DNA of 64,000 nt from an uncultured Colwellia sp. (GTDB lineage: Bacteria; Pseudomonadota; Gammaproteobacteria; Enterobacterales; Alteromonadaceae). The notes under the pieces were generated by a model. The model was given only the letters and a program-made list of their open reading frames with translations, made no database searches and was not told where the DNA came from. Of this stretch, positions 58,997 through 64,000 are shown piece by piece (the first letter of the stretch is position 1; each line of letters starts with the position of its first letter). The translations under genes were made by a program, and so were the position numbers. The stretch covers positions 21,978-85,977 of the forward strand of contig CAXBEX010000004.1 in the NCBI GenBank assembly GCA_963974965.1, written 5' to 3'.

Positions 58997-60115
58997 TTAA
59001 CCTTTGACCAGATCTTGAAATATATCAGTATATTCACTGGCCATTCGTTTACCTGAATAGTTCGCGTTTACAAACTCACAAGCCGCATTCGATAATAGAT
59101 CCGCCTTTTCTTGATTAAAAAGTAATACTTCCCAATAACTGGATAACAGTTCTTTTTCACCATAAGGGGCAAGTAAGCCAGTTTTTTCGTGCTCAATTAA
59201 TTGATCAATTCCAGCAATGTCATATGCGGCAACAGGAATTCCCATCGCTGTTGCTTCCATTAAGCAACGAGGTATCCCTTCTAAGCTCGACGTCATCACA
59301 AATAAATCAAAACTTTGTAGTAACTCTAAACGGTCATCTCTAAACCCTAAAAATTCAATGCGATCTTTATAAGATAGCGATTGTGCATACTTTTCAAGTT
59401 CAGCTCTAGATTCACCATCACCAAGTAAACTCAAGGTAATATTTGGGTATTTACCTGCCAATGATTCAAATATATCTAAAATGTCTTTAATATTTTTACG
59501 GCTAATCATCTGCCCTACAAAGCCGATTCTTTTATTATCTCCAACTGACTGTAAAGCGTTTACTTTGATTTTTTGTTCTTCAACTTCTGATAAGTCAACA
59601 CCATTTTGCACGTACTCTAAGCGTTCTTCTTTCACACCGAATCCGCGAACATCATCACAAAGCGCTTTTGAAAGCGGAGCAACGATATCAACAAATCTGA
59701 ATGACTGGCATCCAAGCCAAATAAAGAACCTTAGCTTAAAGTCAATGCCATTCGAAAAGCCATGTGGCGTTATTACAATCTTGATACCTGCTTTTTTCGC
59801 GGCGAGTAGTCCAAGTATATCTGACTTATATCCATGAGTATGAATGATATCAATATCATTGTTTTTTATGACTTCTACTAGCCTATTCACGACCTTAAGA
59901 TCGAACTTATTACTCATAGGTAATTCAATGACACTGCCGTCAAGTTTATTAAATTCGTGTACTATTTTTAAATCATCATTATTTGATTCAATAGTAACGG
60001 CAAGATGGCAATTAATCTTTTGTGGATCCAAATATTTAGCAAGTGCTAATACCCAACGTTCTGCGCCATAAAACCCAGAAGAACAAATAAACTGTAAGAC
60101 GTTTAGTTTTTTCAT
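58997..60115 (-). CDS. GT4 glycosyltransferase
   Basis: GFYGAERW, HTHGYKSD, TPHG, SSLEGIPRCLMEA. Confidence 0.92.
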   Translation of the reverse strand: MKKLNVLQFICSSGFYGAERWVLALAKYLDPQKINCHLAVTIESNNDDLKIVHEFNKLDGSVIELPMSNKFDLKVVNRLVEVIKNNDIDIIHTHGYKSDILGLLAAKKAGIKIVITPHGFSNGIDFKLRFFIWLGCQSFRFVDIVAPLSKALCDDVRGFGVKEERLEYVQNGVDLSEVEEQKIKVNALQSVGDNKRIGFVGQMISRKNIKDILDIFESLAGKYPNITLSLLGDGESRAELEKYAQSLSYKDRIEFLGFRDDRLELLQSFDLFVMTSSLEGIPRCLMEATAMGIPVAAYDIAGIDQLIEHEKTGLLAPYGEKELLSSYWEVLLFNQEKADLLSNAACEFVNANYSGKRMASEYTDIFQDLVKG

Positions 60116-62710
60116 TTAACCTTTATTCCCTACTAATTTGGCAACTTTGGCAGAACGTAAACTCAACCATTTTAATTCATTTTTTAATGACAACCGGGAT
60201 AATTCTTTCATCAATAATACAGAAATTTTTACCCATTTATTTTTTCGAACGGGCGCTGTGTATTCTTTAAAATTCTCAAACTCATTCTGACTAGATGTAT
60301 ATTGATAAAAATGTGCGAAGCCAATATTTTGCATCAATAACGCCAAGATTCTGGTGTATTGATTACTGCTATCATTCTCCAAAGTGTTAACAATATGCTG
60401 GTGAAAATAAGCCGCTTTCTCGAGGTACATTTCATTTTTAATGGGTGAATAATAATTCGCCATATAAAAGATTCCTACCTTACGCAAATCTTGTCCAGCC
60501 CAGGTAGTATTTGGAAACTCTAACTTTTCTGTTTGCTCTAAATAAGGCAACTCATTTTTTGCCATCCAACTAGCATAATGCAGCATTGCATCACGGGCAT
60601 AATAAAAGTCATTATCTAACTGACTAACTTGCTCTTTAATCAATAAAAACCGGCCTACTGATTGTAAAAAAACAGTGTAAAACCATGTGGTTTCTATATT
60701 ATCGAAATTTCTTAAACTAATATCATCATTAGGATGAAAGGTATTGGCAATTATTTTAAAAGCTCTTACTAGATAATCTTGCTTCTGCGTTAGGTCATAC
60801 GCATCTAATAAAGCAATTATATAATGCCCCGTACCTCTGTCCATAGGGTACTGTTCTAATATATGATCTTTAACACCATGATTACCACTTTGCTTAATCG
60901 CAAATAATTTTGCAAGAAAACTATTTGAACCTTCAAAACTAAAGATAATCCAATCAGCTAGCTGCAGCACTGCCTTTTTAGAGTTTTCATTACCCGTTAA
61001 CAAATAATGGCATTTTAACCCTGTTGTATAGCAATGCTGCCCACCAGGTCCGCCTCCAGAGGTATACCCATCATAAGCTGCTTGATGATTTTTTGAAAAA
61101 GTTCGGTGTGTACACGTTGAAGCATCTAAATAATGATCCGTGTGCCAAAAAAGCCCACCGTTATATTCATCTTTATCATTAATAGTATGATAAATATCAA
61201 TATCAGTAACATGTTTAGCAAGATCATTTGCCAATTCAAAATATTTTGAATTGCCACTTCTTAAATATTGATAGAGAAAACCATAAATAGGATCGTATTG
61301 ATTATTGTAATGAGAAACAAAGACTTCATCACCTGAATAATTTTCTGTTTCATGATCCGCATATAGGTCGCCAAAATTGCGCCATCCATACTCATCAACA
61401 ACTTCACGTTTTTCAAAAAAGTTGCTAACTCCATTAATACCTTTCTCAATAAGTGCTGATAATTTATCCTGATTTAAACCCGATTTAAAGGGCTCTATCG
61501 CGTTAGTGTATTCAATATACTTCGGCTCTAAAATTATCTTTAGCGGTTTATCAACCCAGTTAAAATTTTGACCCGCTGATTTAAAATCTATCCATACTGT
61601 GTGAGATTTTTTTTCTCCTCCTTGCAATTCAAAACGATCCTCAGGGAACAATGCTACGCTTAATGATTCACCTTGCTTCACTATCGCTTTAGGGAAATTT
61701 TGCCAAAACTGTTCAATATAAACACTTATTGTATCTTGTGCATTGTTAACACCAAAAGAAGGAGAAATGCGCATTCCTCTGTGATCATCATTATCAGATT
61801 TAATCACAAAGCCATTTTTTTCAATAGCAATCTTTCCTTCAGCATTTTTATGAACAGGGCTATTCCAATTCACTCCCCCACTAGAAAGTTGCTTAAGAAA
61901 TGAATTTTTTCCACACTTTATTTCTTGGTTTGAAACATGATCATAAATATTAACTGTGCCATTGCTATCAACAGGGATATTTAAAGATAAAGATTCAAAG
62001 AGAATTGAGTTAACATCACCCAGATCCCATAACCCTCCAGAATGCTGAGCGGCTTGGGGGTTATGCAGAGTAAAGTCTACTTTTATATAAGTTGTATTGG
62101 CAAAGAATGTAATTATTGATTCAAATTTAAGTTTACTATTCTTTTTATTGGCATCAACGAAATCTCCGTGAATTGTTACACTTTTTCTATAAACTGAATC
62201 ACCTAATAGATCATAAAAAACTTTATCTATAACGGCTTTATGCTTTACTTTTGCAGAGTCAAACAGTTGAACATCAAGACATTTGCCTTTAACTCTCTCA
62301 AATTCAGCGCTAAATATAGAGAGTGGTTCGTCTTTGACTATTCCTATTAAAAATGTATCTAATCCGGTATTAACTTGAAGTTGCTGATTATTATTTAAGA
62401 CGTTTAACGTGATTTTGGCTTGGTTCGAAGCGATATTATCACTGGAAAAGCCATCAACTAGTGTCAGTAATAATGTTTCATTGCTTTTAATATTAATAAT
62501 AAAATCAATTGTTGCCCATTTAATACCGCCATCGTTCCAAAAAGTTAGCGGTGACACCTGACACGGTATAAAGTGGTTATTGTCATCTTGAATTGCTAGT
62601 TTAGTATCACTAAATAAAGTATCTTTCGCAAAAGGCAAACCTATGCTTACTGGCTGAGAATCACGGGAAATATTGTCACTCTCTAAAATAGTGAAAGGGA
62701 CTGAAATCAC
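60116..62710 (-). CDS. Large cytoplasmic-looking protein resembling the exo-rhamnogalacturonan lyase (PcRGLX/YetA-like) family
   Basis: N-terminal PVSIGLPFAK...W.DG.IKW; central EYGWRNFGDLYADHE, YNNQYD, GGLFWHTDHY; no signal peptide seen. Confidence 0.5.
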   Translation of the reverse strand: MISVPFTILESDNISRDSQPVSIGLPFAKDTLFSDTKLAIQDDNNHFIPCQVSPLTFWNDGGIKWATIDFIINIKSNETLLLTLVDGFSSDNIASNQAKITLNVLNNNQQLQVNTGLDTFLIGIVKDEPLSIFSAEFERVKGKCLDVQLFDSAKVKHKAVIDKVFYDLLGDSVYRKSVTIHGDFVDANKKNSKLKFESIITFFANTTYIKVDFTLHNPQAAQHSGGLWDLGDVNSILFESLSLNIPVDSNGTVNIYDHVSNQEIKCGKNSFLKQLSSGGVNWNSPVHKNAEGKIAIEKNGFVIKSDNDDHRGMRISPSFGVNNAQDTISVYIEQFWQNFPKAIVKQGESLSVALFPEDRFELQGGEKKSHTVWIDFKSAGQNFNWVDKPLKIILEPKYIEYTNAIEPFKSGLNQDKLSALIEKGINGVSNFFEKREVVDEYGWRNFGDLYADHETENYSGDEVFVSHYNNQYDPIYGFLYQYLRSGNSKYFELANDLAKHVTDIDIYHTINDKDEYNGGLFWHTDHYLDASTCTHRTFSKNHQAAYDGYTSGGGPGGQHCYTTGLKCHYLLTGNENSKKAVLQLADWIIFSFEGSNSFLAKLFAIKQSGNHGVKDHILEQYPMDRGTGHYIIALLDAYDLTQKQDYLVRAFKIIANTFHPNDDISLRNFDNIETTWFYTVFLQSVGRFLLIKEQVSQLDNDFYYARDAMLHYASWMAKNELPYLEQTEKLEFPNTTWAGQDLRKVGIFYMANYYSPIKNEMYLEKAAYFHQHIVNTLENDSSNQYTRILALLMQNIGFAHFYQYTSSQNEFENFKEYTAPVRKNKWVKISVLLMKELSRLSLKNELKWLSLRSAKVAKLVGNKG

Positions 62711-64000
62711 TGAGCTTTTTCCTTAATGCTATTTTGTATAATACTGGCTTTGGATTTTAACATAGAGACGACTGCTGCCATGTTTTGATTACTTTCAATA
62801 GACAATGCAACAATAGACGAGTCTTTTGTTTGACCTAAAACCACCATCATGGTTTGGTATAATTTTAATTTTATTTGGCTTGTGAATATTTTATTCGAGA
62901 ATTGATACCAATATATAATATATCGGTATTGCCCTGATGGAGAGACAATTTTTATTAATTGAATTTCTTTTTCTTCATTAATGCTAACTTTTGTGCTTTT
63001 GACTAATGTCCAACGTTCTGCACTATACAGCTTATTCACTGAAGAAATGAGCTCTCCTTCTCCGTTCGAATACGTTGCTATAAAAAAGTCTATGTTATCT
63101 ATCTTTACAGATGATTTGATATATCCTTGCTGAATATGTGATGCTTTCGCAAAGCTAGGCCGCCATGTGTTTAATTTTTCTTCTTTTATAACAAAAGGTA
63201 GTGTCGTTAAATCAATTAATGGTGGTGCGGCGGATAAAGTAGAATTACCGCCCGTTAGAATAGAGAACCAAACTATTTGAATAGCAAATAAGACAATAAT
63301 GATAGCTGCTGATGGCATCACCGGTTTATAACTTACTTCTATCCTTTTTTCATCAACAATCTTTTTATGTTTGGTTAGTGCAGCCTTATCCCTGAACTTT
63401 TCACCTATCATTATCAATAAGAATAATATAATCGCGTAAAAAACACCGCCATAGATAAGATGATCTGCCCCTACAGCATATTCCATATCAGTTAAATGTG
63501 CTGTCAATACAATGCCATACACTCTTAAAGCATTCGCAATAATGGGCACTACTAATGAGATAAAAATAAAGAGTAATTGTTTAGGTAAGGTTCTAAACGA
63601 TATATAAGCGTATAAATTACCAAAAACAAAAGACGCTACCAAAAAGCTAATTCCTGAACATGCTTCAGCAACTAAAAATCGTCCTTCGGGGATATCTAAA
63701 TAAAGTCCACTCCTATAAATAGGAACTCCTGTCAATTCTAATAAAGGAACGGCTAAATCAGTAGTGAGCTCTTGTAAATAAGGTATGAACTGCTCACCAA
63801 CGGGAATAGCAAACAACATAAAATACAAAGGAAAAGCGATAACCTTAGCGGCTTGGTTACCAATGATCAGCCAAATAAGTAGTGGTAACGAGATAAAAGT
63901 GGCGATGTGCATAAATAAACGAATATCACCAACAAGCCCGAAAGTATAAAGAATTAAAGCTCCAACTAGAGGGAGGAATAGCCAATAATTAGCGACAAAA
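62707..64000 (-). CDS. xrtA: Exosortase A fused to EpsI domain (5' end outside the window)
   Basis: FAIPVG, catalytic VAEACSG, ANALRV, ADHLIYG, C-terminal EpsI-like domain. The frame stays open from 63912 to the window edge (FVANYWLFLPLVGAL...). Confidence 0.93.
   Translation of the reverse strand, partial: FVANYWLFLPLVGALILYTFGLVGDIRLFMHIATFISLPLLIWLIIGNQAAKVIAFPLYFMLFAIPVGEQFIPYLQELTTDLAVPLLELTGVPIYRSGLYLDIPEGRFLVAEACSGISFLVASFVFGNLYAYISFRTLPKQLLFIFISLVVPIIANALRVYGIVLTAHLTDMEYAVGADHLIYGGVFYAIILFLLIMIGEKFRDKAALTKHKKIVDEKRIEVSYKPVMPSAAIIIVLFAIQIVWFSILTGGNSTLSAAPPLIDLTTLPFVIKEEKLNTWRPSFAKASHIQQGYIKSSVKIDNIDFFIATYSNGEGELISSVNKLYSAERWTLVKSTKVSINEEKEIQLIKIVSPSGQYRYIIYWYQFSNKIFTSQIKLKLYQTMMVVLGQTKDSSIVALSIESNQNMAAVVSMLKSKASIIQNSIKEKAQ

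Noticed and set aside
154-61903. The many 60-145 aa ORFs in the track overlapping larger genes (e.g. 154-426, 8489-8815, 9421-9774, 12972-13409, 15807-16121, 54265-54609, 57006-57443, 59481-59837)
   Set aside because: They are antisense or alternate-frame shadows of well-supported genes with no recognisable motifs or RBS.

Overview
AT-rich gammaproteobacterial chromosome segment. Gene order and repeat types suggest Alteromonadales, most like Colwellia (inference). About 1-23.5 kb is mostly housekeeping: partial pqiA, cytochrome c4, yihA, an S9 peptidase, a NIT-domain MCP, ubiE-ubiJ-ubiB, rep, ubiK, a lysophospholipase, fieF, trmL, gpsA-secB-grxC-rhodanese and gpmI-envC-yibQ. Its intergenic spaces hold at least four families of small palindromic repeats and two unannotated paralogous ~90-nt sRNA candidates that share a palindromic operator. 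From about 22.7 kb to the window end is a large exosortase A/PEP-CTERM exopolysaccharide locus: serine protease, LuxI/FeeM-like acyltransferase, two PrsT TPR proteins, manB/manC, a stand-alone ThiF-like adenylyltransferase, ugd, UDP-glucuronate epimerase, a sigma54-driven PEP-CTERM protein, glycosyltransferases, acyl/GNAT/FemAB/amidotransferase tailoring enzymes, an FkbH protein with a Cys-rich N-terminal domain, a kinase, Wzx, three putative polysaccharide lyase-like proteins and partial xrtA. No rRNA, tRNA, CRISPR array or intact transposase was seen. All family assignments come from motif recognition by eye, not database searches.
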